Assembly (NCBI RefSeq): GCF_036321535.1
Contig: NC_087436.1
Span: 108,750,001 to 108,814,000 of the forward strand
Source of the DNA: Camelus dromedarius
Taxonomy: Eukaryota
Direction: 5' to 3'
Length of the DNA: 64,000 nucleotides
In this document: positions 39,746 to 52,200 of the stretch, in pieces
Layout: the number at the start of each line of letters is the position of its first letter
Position numbering within the stretch: position 1 is the stretch's first letter
Notes under the pieces: generated by a model
What the model saw: only the letters and a program-made list of their open reading frames with translations
Database searches by the model: none
Told to the model about the DNA's origin: nothing
Translations under genes and position numbers: made by a program

Positions 39746-41557
39746 ATGTCCATGTAGAAACGACTAGATATCAGTTTGCAATATCAAACCCATGAAACTA
39801 CAGCTCTTTGGAAAAACCTATCCAAATATGGGTATGGGATTGGTACCAAACAGAACAATGGGTCTCAAATGTGGCTTCACGTTTGAGTTACCTGATTCAG
39901 TTAGTCTGATCAGGCATGGCTAATTTTTCTAAGCCACCCTCTTGATTCTAACAAGAAGCCAAAACCGAGTAATTGGTATTCACAAAATTGTGAACAGGAG
40001 CTTCTCTGCATATCTTATTTGATTTTTATCCCAAGTGCCTAGCACAGGGTCTGTGTTATACCCAATAAATATTATTTGTTAGATTAATGAACAAATAGTT
40101 TTATAGAATAAATACCCTGTTGAAAGATAAAGATTGAATATAGTGACCCAAAAGGATAGAAAAGTAGTGTTTCACACTGGAAGTTATAATGGATTATATG
40201 TTATTTCTTCTACATTTAAAAGATTTTGCAGAAACAGTTACTTCATTCATCTCCTAACTTCCTTGAGATTAGTAAGTGCCACATATTATTACCCCTATTT
40301 TTCCGATGAAGAAATTGGATCTCCTAGTGCAGATTTCTCTTCAACTGCATTATTATTTTTTAATACCACCAGAATTTGATGGATGTCCTGCAGAAAATGG
40401 AATTAGAGGCAGTATTTCTAGTAAAGGAACGAGTGTCACCAAGTCTTCAGTACAATATTCAAGATAGGATGAGTTTTAAGAAAGCCTAACCGAGGGGACA
40501 GGGAAGGAAATAAAAATTACTCCACAGAGTGAGACAAATACCCTGTAGCTGAAGGTTGCACCGTGAAACACAACCCATCAGTGAACTAATCTAGTTATTT
40601 ACTGGGGCCGTTGTTAGTGCAGCATAGAAGACAGAACGTCGGACCCAGGAGGCAGACAGATGGACATCCACTTACGTCCTGGTGCTGCCTCTTATAAGCT
40701 GCGTGCATCTCCCTACGCTCAACTTCCTCACCTGTGATTCGGCCATTGTGATATCACCCGCCACATGGAGTTCTTGTAAAGGTTAAATGATAGAAGGCTT
40801 GTAAAGTACTTGGCACACAGAAAGTTCTTGCTACTGTTGTTAGAGTCCTGAGTTTTAGGCATTATTTATCTCCACATTTCCTTAGGGGCAAGATCATGTT
40901 CAAGTGAAATTTAGAGGACCTGTCTGTTTTGTTTAATTCTTTTTTTCATATTTACCTTCTTCATTAGTTGGTAAATTTTATGAGAGTAGAGACTAGTTCG
41001 TTTTTGCTAGTGCTTAGTAGGTGCACACTGAATATTTCTAGAATGAAATTTAAATTACCTTACCTCATTCCTTTGCTCAAAATCGTTCACTTTCTGCCTG
41101 TTTCATTGAAGTAAAAGCCAGAGTTCTTATAATGGAGTATGAGACCCTATAGGGTTTTATACCAAGAGAAGCTGAATAGAATGAACAAAAGAAAACAAGC
41201 TTTTAATTCTTTTTTTTAAAAAAGCCTTTCAAGCATGTTATTAAAGGGCAGTAGTCAGGTAACTGACCAATCGTGAAATGAACAGGAAAGCCTACACTGT
41301 ACTAAGATGAATGGTACTTGGGTAGTGGAGGGGTAGAAAGATTCATTATATAATAAACATTCTGACAAGAAAATAAACTTTATAATCCCAAATCTTATTA
41401 AAACTCAATTTATAAATTACATTTGTGGTTTCTTTTCATCAGAAGACTCGACTTCACTCAATTATAACTAGCTTTCTAATTTTAAATACATGGTTGACTA
41501 ATCCCAAAGGAAAATTTGAAGGTACGATGCTTAATCATTAAAATCACTTAAGACCAC

Positions 41558-41589
41558 ATATATATCCATATATATATATGGATATATAT
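41558..41589. repeat. Perfect 32-bp AT-rich palindrome
   Basis: (AT)4-CC-(AT)6-GG-(AT)4 is its own reverse complement. Confidence 0.95.
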
Positions 41590-41859
41590 ATATATATGGG
41601 TTATTTGTGTTAGCTTGAAGACAAGAAATAGTGCAATTGGATTTAGGTTTAATTTGTATTTATAATAAAATTATTATTAAAGAGTCAACGGTCAAGATAG
41701 AGATTTGGGGGATACTTTGCTGCTATATCAAAAAAAAAAAAAAAAAGAAAAAGCAGCACTACTGTCCTTTTTGAAATATTCCTTCTTAAGCTGGGCGCTG
41801 AGCCTTAAACATATTTTTCCCTCTCCTAGCCACTAGGCAGGGGAGGAGAACGTTCTTTA

Positions 41860-42070
41860 GCCAGGAGCTGCGTGCATGTAACCCCACCTGAACCTCCTAT
41901 CCGCCCCAGGACACAGCAAAGGCCGGCATCAGCGCTATTTCTGTGATACAGGCGAGATCAAAGAGGCTCAGTGAGTTTAAGTTACTTTTCAAAGTCTCAC
42001 GAACAAAAAGTGGCAGAACTTACTCCCGCTCGTTCTTCCTGACGCCAAAGCTGCACGTCTTTCTGCTACA
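41860..42070 (-). mobile_element. MIR SINE (unusually GC/CpG-rich)
   Basis: gaggctcagtgagtttaagttacttttcaaagtctcac…gtggcagaac…tgacgccaaagc. Confidence 0.65.
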
Positions 42071-42134
42071 AATGTTGCTCAAATTACTTACATTTTCCGT
42101 TACATTTCTTTTACGTTGGTCTAATTTTTATGTT

Positions 42135-42510
42135 GTTTTGTCTCACAAGTTGAGCATCCACCCCCTTAAGTTTTTAAGTGCGCAAGAGAGCATAGTTAAC
42201 TAGAGGCACTGCGCTGCAGAGAAGATCTTTAAGTCTAACTCAGCCAGCCTAACTGGAGCTTCATTACCAGCTGAACAACATCGCCCCACTTCCCTTGCCC
42301 CCGTGCCCTGGCACCCCGCATTCTAGTCTCTGCTTCTATGAGTTTGACGACTTTGGATGCCTCCTGTGGGTGGACTCATGTACTTGTCCTTCTGTGACTG
42401 GCTTATTTCACTTAGCCTAATGCCCTCAGTGTTCATCCACGTGGTCACATATGGCAGGAGTTCCTTCTTTTTTTTTTTTTTAAAGCTGAATAATATTCCA
42501 TCATATGCAA
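42135..42510 (-). mobile_element. L1 3' UTR fragment (L1MA9/10-like)
   Basis: ccctggcacc…tctctgcttctatgagtttgac…ttgtccttctgtgactggcttatttcacttagcctaatg…gctgaataatattcca. Confidence 0.85.
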
Positions 42511-42673
42511 ATACTTATATTTTAGCTCCATTCTTCATCTTTCCTACCCATTATATCTATTTTTTCAAAATACCCTTTTTAAATGAGGTTGCACAAATTG
42601 CACTGTTGACAGTGCAGTGAAGTCAACGACCGCACATCACCCTGCGGGCACGGAACTTACCAGCTGCTAGTAC

Positions 42674-42793
42674 AGCGTGACCAGGTCATTTGGCATCTAA
42701 ACCCGAACAAAAAGGGGGCGCTAACAAATAGGATGTTAGGACAACTCATAAACTGGCACTGTCCTGGGCAAACCAGGGAGTCTTGTCATCCTA
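42674..42793 (-). mobile_element. MER94-like hAT-Blackjack MITE
   Basis: agcgtgacca…aaagggggcgcta…ggacaac…actgtcctgggcaaaccaggga…gtcatcct with degenerate TIRs. Confidence 0.7.
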
Positions 42794-43179
42794 CTGACAG
42801 GGACTCCAAATGAGCTCCAACTCCCACCGAAAAGATGTCACCAGATGAGCAGTTTTGGCCACCTGTGCAGAGAACAAAGGAAAATTGGGCTTCAAGGGTG
42901 AATCTTAAAGGATCCCAGAGAAAACGGATGCTTTTAACATGTTTCCCGCTAACCTCCTCTGGCTGGCTGTGCCCAGAGAACTGGGCAGAAATGTGTACAA
43001 ATGAGCACTTTGTACTGGTTTGGCAAGCACTGGCACTTTCGACAATCTAGTTGTCTACTGAGACCTGCCTAGCAATAACTTACGATGATCATCCCCTGCT
43101 CACCTGAGTGTTTCACGAGGCACACAAGCAACACAAAGGTAAAGAAGACCAAATGGGGGAGACGGAGACAGGCCTTTTT

Positions 43180-43450
43180 TGAGAGAGAGACTGAGTCAGA
43201 GGCAGCGAGGCGGACAGGGGCAGAGCAGAGAAAGACGGAGAAAGGAGGAATGCGGGTAGTTACCTAGAAGGAGAAAGACAGAGAGACGTGGAGCCAGAGA
43301 AAGACAGAGAGAGGGAGACAGAGCTAAGGAAGTGAGAAAGACTGCAGAAAATGAGAGAGAAAGCTGGAGAAGACAGACAGGCTGAGAGAAACCCGGGATA
43401 CAGACGGAGAGGCTGACGGACAGACCGGCACGCATTTTAAGAGAAGAAAG
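43180..43450. repeat. GA-rich low-complexity purine tract
   Basis: Degenerate (GA)n/(GACA)n read directly. Confidence 0.8.
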
Positions 43451-44989
43451 CATCTTCAAGTAGCAGCTCTCAGTGGAGTCAAATTTACTCTATTTGCATT
43501 TCTATTCTGTAGATTGGTTCCAGCAAACTCAAGCACTTTCTGTCTCCTTCTGGATTAGAGGAGGAAGGTAACTGGTTTCACAATCAGGCAAAAAAAAAAC
43601 AGGTCAGTTAGAAAGGTCAGAGTGACACCTCTAACATTCATAGTTACAAAATGAAAAGTAGGTATTTCCCCCTGATTTTCAGTCCTGAGCCCTGCTCCTA
43701 ACCTTCTTAAATGTGGACGGTTTCAGCTGGGGGCTGACTGCAGCATCCACTATCAGCTGGTGTGGTTCGGCAGCAATTTTCAGCAAGAATCAAGAATCAT
43801 CACCGGAGTACAAACTCCAAATAATCTGGGGCCCTGTTTCTTCAGAAATAAATCTGAAAAGGCAACATCAACTCTATGCGTGTGTGTGTGTCTATGAGCC
43901 CCAAGTCCATTTGAAAACTAGGCATGCCGCTGTTAAGTTCACATCGGCAGCTCGTGAAGAAAGCTCTTCTTGTCTCAGCGCCGGGTCACTGCTCGTGAAT
44001 GAGCTTGTCACCGGTTCAAAGAAGATGCAGGCGGGGTCACAGTGCCACTGAAATGCCTGGCGGTTTTGTCATGGTCATTGATTCATGGAAGCCACCGTGT
44101 CTGTGGAAACATTATTAGCCATCTTCCTCCACCAGACGCCTCCGTGGGCTTAGGATCCAGGAAGAAAAACATCGTCCATAATTCAAAAGCACGAGATGCA
44201 AGCTTGAACGGGGCTGTGAATTACGGAGCAGGAGCCTTCATCCCTATGCAAAGCCACGGGAAATGCTCGTTTTTGCGATCAGCTATACTAGAAAAAGGAG
44301 GAAGACAGGCATAGTCCTCATTATGGTGAAATTACCACTTCTATTACCATCATCATTACTTGTTGAATTCATAATTCATGGCCCATCACTCACCCCTGAA
44401 GCTTGACATTTACACATAATAGCATTTTTTGTGTAACTTGAAAAGCAGTCTGTGAAAAATGACCACTCACATAGACACCGTGTGAGATGCGGAAGGTCAG
44501 AAATACGGAGCAACCAAGATGACGGTCAGCTGATTTGTTCCCAGTAACGTCAGGCTTTGTAAGATGAAACCGTTCCTGTTGCTAAAAATGAGGGCGTTTC
44601 CATTCGATGACATCACAATTTAAAGTGGCCTATTTATTTGCACACTTACCTTTTACTCTCTTTTTTGTGCTACTTTGTTTCATGATTTTTGAAGTGCCTT
44701 TATCCTAGTAGACGGGGTTAATGCCTAGATGCAGGACTTAGGGAGTTGACTCCGTTCTGGTTTCTACGGCAATAAATGTGTGATAGGTTATTGGATTGGA
44801 TGGGTAGTTGGATTAGTGGTGTATGTAACCAATTAATTTAAGGTATGAACTTGTCCATTGTAGGTGTCAATAAATGTTAATTGAATAAATTAATAAATAA
44901 GACTAATCACTCAGTAAATATATATTAGTGCCTAATAGGTATAATATACTGTACTAATTGCTAATAATCAAAATATGGTAAGAAACTCT

Positions 44990-45305
44990 CATTTCATTAG
45001 GTGTTTTTGCTCAACTGTATCTCCAGCAAAGCCTTCCCTGGCCACCACATTTAAAATTATAGGTCTTCCTCAACCCCCTCTGTTTACCTGTTTACCAACA
45101 GAAGTCTCTAGCTTTCTATCTGGCAAATTTTATATTTTGTTATATATTTTTATCTACTACTTTTTCCACCCTGATAATAGTGTAAGATGTATCAAAGCAG
45201 GAATTTTTGTCTGGTTTATTCACTGCATTATTCCCAGCACCTGGGCCGGTGCAAAGCACACTGAAGGCATTCAATAAGTGTTTTCTGAGTAAACGAATTA
45301 ATGAC
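44990..45305 (+). mobile_element. L2 3' end
   Basis: gccttccctggccacc…gcaggaatttttgtctggtttattcactgc…cccagcacctgg…ggcattcaataagtg. Confidence 0.75.
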
Positions 45306-45984
45306 CAAGCAGTCCTTCCATCAAGAATTCGGGTTTAATAAAAGAAACTGACAAGTCAGCCTTGTAATGTAACAGATATTACCATCAATGTAGATGGTTA
45401 GACCCTGGAGAGCAGGGACTTTTTCTTTTAGGACCACTGTGTATCAACAACAAACATTTTTTTAAAATCTGCATTATAATAAATGTGTTTTAAATAAATG
45501 AGTACATAAATATTTATGTGATATAATTAATTTATCAAAGAGTATTTGGTTTCTATGGGGGTGAAATGCCCTCCGTACGAAGGCACTTTGCTGGTTGACC
45601 TACCTTCACCATCACTTTTCTTTTAGTGTTAGCGGCTGGGGAATGCAGTCAGCGTCGTCCCTAGCAGAGTGCCCTCACCCCAGCTGTCCTGTCAGAGTGT
45701 GGGGCGGGGACCGCTTCACCTACCATGCAGACTCTAAATGCAGCCACCAATCACAGACCTTTAGCCAATCTATACATTTTGAGGCCATCATATGATATAT
45801 ACTCTGATGTCATGCTTTTGTTATATATTGATCGAACACTTCTTATATATTAGGCACTGTGCAAAGTAATGGAGTTCCAATAGTGAATAAGAAAGGTTTG
45901 GTTCCTGGTTTCATGATGCAGTTGAGCACGAGTCTTCTGTCTTATGTATTCTCTTGATTTCTCTATTTCTCTGTCCCTGACTTC

Positions 45985-47725
45985 TTTCATAAAGTTAATC
46001 AAATGTTTTTGATACTACATTTTAATTCCTTAACTGGAGTTTTGACTGCATCTCCTCTTATTATTTTCATCTGTTTTCCTAGAAGTCTCCTTCACTTATT
46101 CAGACAAATTAAGTTAATATTGTACCACTCTGTGTAAAATGAACAACGGTAAAATTTCATTTACCGGCCCCCATGCTTTAATGCTGCTACTGTCAGAATT
46201 GTTGTATCTACAAATGTAATAAACCCCACAATACTTTTTTGTTTGTATTAAAGGAAATAAGAGGAAGTTGAGATAATATTTTATATTTATTCAAGTATTT
46301 TCAATTTCCAGTGTTCTTTATTTCTACCTATAGGTCTAAGTTTCCATATCATGTAATTTCCTTTCAGCCTGAAGAAATTCCTTTAGTATTGCTTGTAATT
46401 CAGGCCTAGTAGCTATGATTTCTCTTAGCTTTGCTTTTTTCTGAAAATATCGTTATTTCATCTTTATTCTCAAAAAACTATTTTCACTGAAGATAGAATT
46501 CTGGGTTGCAAGTCTTCTTATTTCCCCCAGCGCTTGTTCCATTGTTTTCTGTCATCTGTTGTTTGTGATGAAAAAGCCATTGTCATATTTTTACCACTAT
46601 ATATAATATGTTCTTTTATTCTAGTTTTTTTTTTTTTAGGATTTTTCTAATTTTTTCCAACAATTAGGCTATCACACACCTATATGTGATTCATCTTGTA
46701 TTTATCTTGATTATGGTTCAGTAAGATTCTTGGATATATCTATTGATGTTTGTGAACAAATTTGGAATGTTTTGGCCATTTATTTTTCTCATTTTCCTCT
46801 CCCATCTCATTTGATTCTCTAATTACATTCATGTTAGCCTATTTGATATTGTCTCACAAATCACTAAGGATTTGTTTATTTTTTAATATCCTTTCCTCTC
46901 TGTTATTATTCACATTGGATGATTTGTCTCTTTCCATCTCTATTCAAGCTCTTAACTCTTTCTTCGGTAGTTCCCAATCTGCCATTAAACCCATCTAAAA
47001 AGTTTTTTTTTCATTTTAGGTATTTTACTTTTCACGTCTAAAATTTTCATTTGGTTCCTTTTGTAACTTTAATTTCATTGCTAATTTTTTTTTTACCTGT
47101 TTACATATTATGACTGTCTTGACTATCTTTTTCTTTAAAGCCCAACATCTATGTCATCCTAGGATCTGCTTTTACTGCCTGCTTTTTAAAAATTCTTGAT
47201 TATGGGTGACATTTTCCTGCTCCATTACATGTCTGCTGATGTTTGATAGCATGTAAGACATTGTCATAATATGCTGTAGGATGTTTGGATTATGTTGTCT
47301 TCCTTTAAATGGTGTTGAGTACTGCTCTGGAAGGCATTCCATAGTCACTATGGAATACTTCTGGTCTTGCCAACTTCAATCCTATTATTTGCTAGGGTAG
47401 ATCAATTTTGATTTTATACTTAGTTATACGGTATGGCTCTTACTCTGGGAAATGATCCTTACTTGAAACACATAGTCCTTCTAAGCTCTCTAGTGAATGC
47501 CAGAGATACTCAGTGCAGCAGTGTTAATTTCTTTCTTTCCTTTTCCTTTTTATTTATTTATTTATTTTTTTTTTTGGAGGGGGGATGGTGCTGGGCCTGA
47601 ACTCCGACATCTCACAGCACTGCACAACTTCTGACATCTCCATTTAGTTCTCAGTCCTGCAGCAGCATTTGCTTGCTGAGTATTATGAAGTCTGAGCCTG
47701 AGCATGCGTCACCCAGCCCTTGGTC
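45985..47725 (-). mobile_element. Old L1M fragment (ORF1/5' region), decayed
   Basis: ctttcagcctgaagaaattcctttagtatt, tctgaaaatatc…tatttcatcttt, atagaattctgggttg, tttggccattatt-like motifs of antisense ancient L1. Confidence 0.7.
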
Positions 47726-47731
47726 AGTAAC

Positions 47732-48248
47732 TATGTTGGTCAGCGTTCTCCAGAGAAACAGAACCAGCAGGACATAGAGAGCTTTACATAAAGGCACTTA
47801 TTATGAGTGATTGCCTCACACAATTAAGAGGCTGAGAAGTCCCACAACCTACTGTCTGCAAGCTAGAGGCCCAGGAAAGCTGATGGCATAGTTCCAGTCC
47901 AAACTCAAAGGCCTGAGAACCGGGGGAGCCAATGATGTAAGTGGCAGTCAGGGACCAAAGACCTGAGAACCAGAAGCAGCAATGTGTGAAGGCAGGAGAA
48001 GATGGATGTCTGGACTGAGGCAGAGAACAAATCCACCCTTCCTCTGCTTTTGGGTTCTACTCAAGCCCTCAGCTTACTGGACTATGCCCACCAGCACGGA
48101 TGCATGTGATCTTCTTTACTCAGTCTGCCAATTAAACCCCTCACCTCTTCCAGAAGGACCCTCACAGACGTACACAGAGACGATGTTTTGCCAGCTATCT
48201 GGACATCCCTTAGCCCAGTCATGCTCACGCATAGAACTAATCATCACG
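47732..48248 (-). mobile_element. ERVL solo LTR (MLT2B-like)
   Basis: gttctccagagaaacagaacc, gaggctgagaagtcccacaac, aaggcctgagaacc, ccagctatctggacatcccttagcccagtca. Confidence 0.9.
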
Positions 48249-48518
48249 ACGACCCACATTTAATTCTCACACAGGTCCTCCCTTCTGGCACACATAACAG
48301 GTCTCTCTTCTCCAGCACCTCCCCCTGCGAATTCCAGTCTCTGCCACCTCAGCTCTGTGAGCATGAGTGAGCGCCGCCTTTGTGAACAATGGAAAGAACC
48401 TGCCCGCAGACAGCAAGCCGGGGCAGTGGTGGCTCTTGCCTCTTGGGTTTCTTTTCCCTCCAGTGCCACAGCTCTACAATGCTCATTGCTCGGTGCTTAG
48501 AAACGGTTGCCTCATATA

Positions 48519-48820
48519 CAGGCATACCTCATTTCAATGAATTTATCCTCTTTTTTTTTTTTTTTTTAACAAATTTGTGGCAACTCTGTGTTGTCTGATG
48601 ATGGTTAGCATTTCTTAGCACTAAAGTATTTTTAAATTAAGGCTTGGACATTGTTTTTTAAGACATAATGCCATTGCACACTTCATAGACTATAGTATGG
48701 GTGAGACGTAACTTTTATATGCACTGGGAAACCAAACATTCATGTGACTCGTGTTATTGCAATAGCTGCTTCATTGCAGTGGTCTGGAACGGAACCTGCA
48801 GTGTCTCTGAGGTCTGCCTG
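48519..48820. mobile_element. Tigger1-derived MITE (internal deletion derivative)
   Basis: TIRs TA|CAGGCATACCTC … GAGGTCTGCCTG; gatgatggttagcatt, gacataatgccattgcacactt, cttttatatgcactgggaaacca. Confidence 0.85.
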
Positions 48821-49189
48821 CAGCTTGTCCCGTTACATGGTTGCTACTCCCGTTAGCATCTATTCCCTAAAGGCTGGATGTAGACATCTTCAGTCTTACA
48901 CTGCGGCAGGGAAGACACGTCAGATACATACCTGTATCATCAGTTACTTTAATTCCTGTGATAACGCTGTGAGGAGAAATACAGGAAACCAGGAACGTGT
49001 ACTAACGCTGTTCATTATCGCGTTTGCTCTGCCGCGGAACGTCTTCCTCAGAGTGATGGTTGAACTCTAATCTCAAGGACGACAGAACAGAAATGAACTA
49101 GGCCACAGTGAGGTGAAACAAAATTTCAGATAAAGATGATGGCATGTGGAAATGGCCTGAGGGTAAACTCAAAGGACTGAAAAAAAATT

Positions 49190-49415
49190 AGTATTTAATG
49201 TTTCTTGAGAGTACATTATGAACAGTCAGTGTGTAATGCTTTGTATAATATCTTATTAGATTCTAATAATGTTATTAAGGAGATACCATTACTAATCCAT
49301 TTTATTGATGAGGAAACTGAGATTCAGAGAGATTAAGTAAACTTACCCAAGATCATGTGGTGCTGGGGTCTATCTGGGCTGTTTTATTCCTACGCCTGAA
49401 CACTCAAACACTATA
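49190..49415 (-). mobile_element. MIR SINE
   Basis: ccattttattgatgaggaaactgagattcagagagattaagtaaacttacccaagatca. Confidence 0.8.
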
Positions 49416-51959
49416 CACTCGGGAAAAGAACAGGATGTTACGATACTGGGGGTGGGGGGTGGGGGAGTGGGAGGGAGAGAAACAGAGAAACAGGATTGTA
49501 TGGTGTCTACATCCTGCCTTAGGAAGCTAAAGCTCTCATTGAGGAGAAAACATGATAAAAACATGTACACTTTACATTTAAATATACTCCTAAAAGGGAC
49601 TTTAAAACTGTGTTTTGACAACCAAGATATTTTAGTATAAACCCTTTTGTTTTGCAAAGAAAAGACAGAGACCCTGAGACGTTTAATAGCCTGCTCAAGG
49701 TCACTTAGCTTGAAGTAGTAAAACAGGGGCGAAAATCTAAGACTTTTAACTCCTGATTGAAAACAGCAACCTGTATACTTTGTAGTCAAGTGCAGTTCAA
49801 AAGATACTTCATTAATTAAGGAAGAACATCATTAATTACCAGATTGGGCCCGGGCGCAGGGAGTGTAAGATTAATACCTGTAGGTACTCGGGAAACAGGA
49901 AGACCCCTCCCCTACACCCCGCCCGGAGGGCCCAGGAAGCTGTCATAGAGAGAGTGAGCTTGGCAGATACCAGAATTTAAGGGACAAGGAGGAAATCAAT
50001 CAACCAACAAATATTTCTTGAGTGTCTGCCACGCACCAGTTTCAGGGATGATTTTAGAGTTTGGCTAGATATCAAGAAAACAAATCTGAAACAAAGTAGC
50101 TGAGTAAGAGGTAACACCAGTCTGTCTCCTACTGCAGATGTCGAGTAAAACCAACTCCTTGTCAGAATAGGGTCTCACCCTGCAAGAGAGGGTGATACCC
50201 AGAAGAATAGGGTGTGATGAGAAGATAGAGCAGGGGAGGGAGGGGGTCCCCCTTCCCTCAGGAAGGTTGCAAACACAGCAGGGAACATTTGTCAAGGAGT
50301 GGAGTCTGGGAGGCTGCGTGGGCATTAGAGGTTGATAATTGATGAAGGACCCACCAGACTTTGCACGCAACGGCATGGAAGTTTGAAAGGGCACAAACGG
50401 AGGAAGCAGACTGTTCCCTTGGGAAGCAAAAGCAAAATTGTCGCATCCCAGGCAGGTTTACAAAGGAGAGGACACTTAGATGGACGTGTCCCTTTAGAAA
50501 TGTAGTACGACGAAAAAGCCAACTAGAGAGCCTGTTTTATGTAAATAGGATTCATTTTACAAGTTTAAAAGCTTGCTTAGATACCAATCTAGGAAATGAA
50601 ATCGTGTCTTCTTTTGCTATCAAATGCGAATCTGTTCACGCATTTGTCAGACGTTCATTGATCTCTTCCTTTGTGCCAGGCTCAGCCAGTACTTGGCATA
50701 TCAAGTAAGCAAGACGTTTCACACCATGTAAGTGCCAAGGGCAGGGACGGAGGAGGGGCCTGCTGTGTGAGTTCCAACAAAGGCGAGAAGGGTGGTGTGC
50801 GGCGAGTGGCTGACCGTCTAGGGCAATAGGGAGGGTGGTGGCAAATGCTGTCAGAGTGAGGCAGGGCCAGATCATGCAGGCACTGGGCTGCAGTGTAAAA
50901 GGTGTGGATTTTTTTCAAAGAACAATGTGAAGGTTTTAGGGGGCTTTTAAGCAGGGAAATGATCTGATGTGATGTATGTATCTACTAGTTCGCTGTCATC
51001 CCCCACACAAGAGATCTATCAGGTTTTTCAGCCAACTGACACTGATGATAAGATGAACAGCTCCATAAGGAAACAGATCAGTAGCCTTGCAGTCAAGACT
51101 TTATAATCCCAAGATGGGAATTATAAAGCAGATAAGCAATGAGATACATTTGCCAGGTCCGTATTATAAGCACGGTCTAACCTTGATCTAGACTGGTCCT
51201 TTTGCTATTGCTTTGTATTCTTTGTATTCAACACGTGCTGAATAGATCTGGGGAGGAGATATCTCAACATGCAAAAGCAGGCTTCTGGTCACTCAGAGTG
51301 GGCAAGCTGATGCTGGGCTGGACAGATGTGGCTCTTGACGTCAATAGTCTTTCAAGCACTCGCTGGCTTGCCCACCGGGTCACTACGGATTTTCCTTGAG
51401 TCCCCCCCAACCATCTGAAGCCCCAGACACTGCTCCATCTACTCCTGGACTAATACTCTGCGAACACATCTTGTTTCTTTTGAAATCACTCTGCTTGAAT
51501 AAGCCCCATCCATTATTGTCCGTATGTGGCAATGTGAAGGACTGTCCCATCTCTGGGCATGTCAGCTTATGCTAATAAAGCTGCATATCAGGGACATCTA
51601 TTTTCTCACTTTCAGGGAAGGCAAAGGTACGAACAGGTGATCGTGGTGTGAATGACTCATGCAGAGGACTCACTCCCTGGAATCCAAGATGGGGAGCAAT
51701 GAGTACAGAAAATTGTGTGGTCCCTTAACGCTGGTTTAAATACTGAAAATTCAATCCTGTTTACTTTTAGTGATATCTGTTGTGTTCTCAGTTTAAGGCC
51801 GAAAAAAATAGCAAGATTGATTGATTGATTGATTGCCACTCGAGATCTGTTTGCGTGATTCTTTTTTCACTGGGTGATCATTAATGCAACATAAAGAAAA
51901 CCTTAAAAATGAGGAAAGCAGAGGGGAAAGAAGGATTATTTTTCTTCTTCTTCTTCCCT

Positions 51960-52200
51960 TCCGGGGCCCCAGCCCTCTGCCTGTGACCGCCTGGGCGAGT
52001 GAGTGGCCGCCTGCCGCGCGTCCCTGCCCTCCGCCCCCGCCGCCCCGCGCGCGTGCCCGCGAGCGTCCGCGCCGCGGCGCTAACGGAAGCGATCCGTGTC
52101 TTCCAGGTTTCCTCTACGCGCAGAACAGCGCCAAGCGCAGCATTAAAGAGCGGCTCATGAAGCTCTTGCCCTGCTCCGCTGCCAAAACGTCGTCTCCTGC
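51960..52200. promoter_or_regulatory. Short CpG/GC-rich patch over the exon 2 acceptor, with Sp1/EGR-type GC boxes
   Basis: Almost pure G/C stretch with dense CpGs (ccgcccccgccgccccgcgcgcgtgcccgcgagcgtccgcgccgcggcgc) in an otherwise CpG-poor, AT-rich intron. EGR consensus CGCCCCCGC at 52032-52040. Function is not demonstrated. Confidence 0.55.

Noticed and set aside
1..52106. Alternative first exons of KCNIP4 (such as the transmembrane KChIP4a-type N-terminus) or EF-hand core exons
   Set aside because: No matching peptide seen in the ORF track or by eye; they probably lie outside the window. A short exon below the 60-aa cutoff could have been missed.
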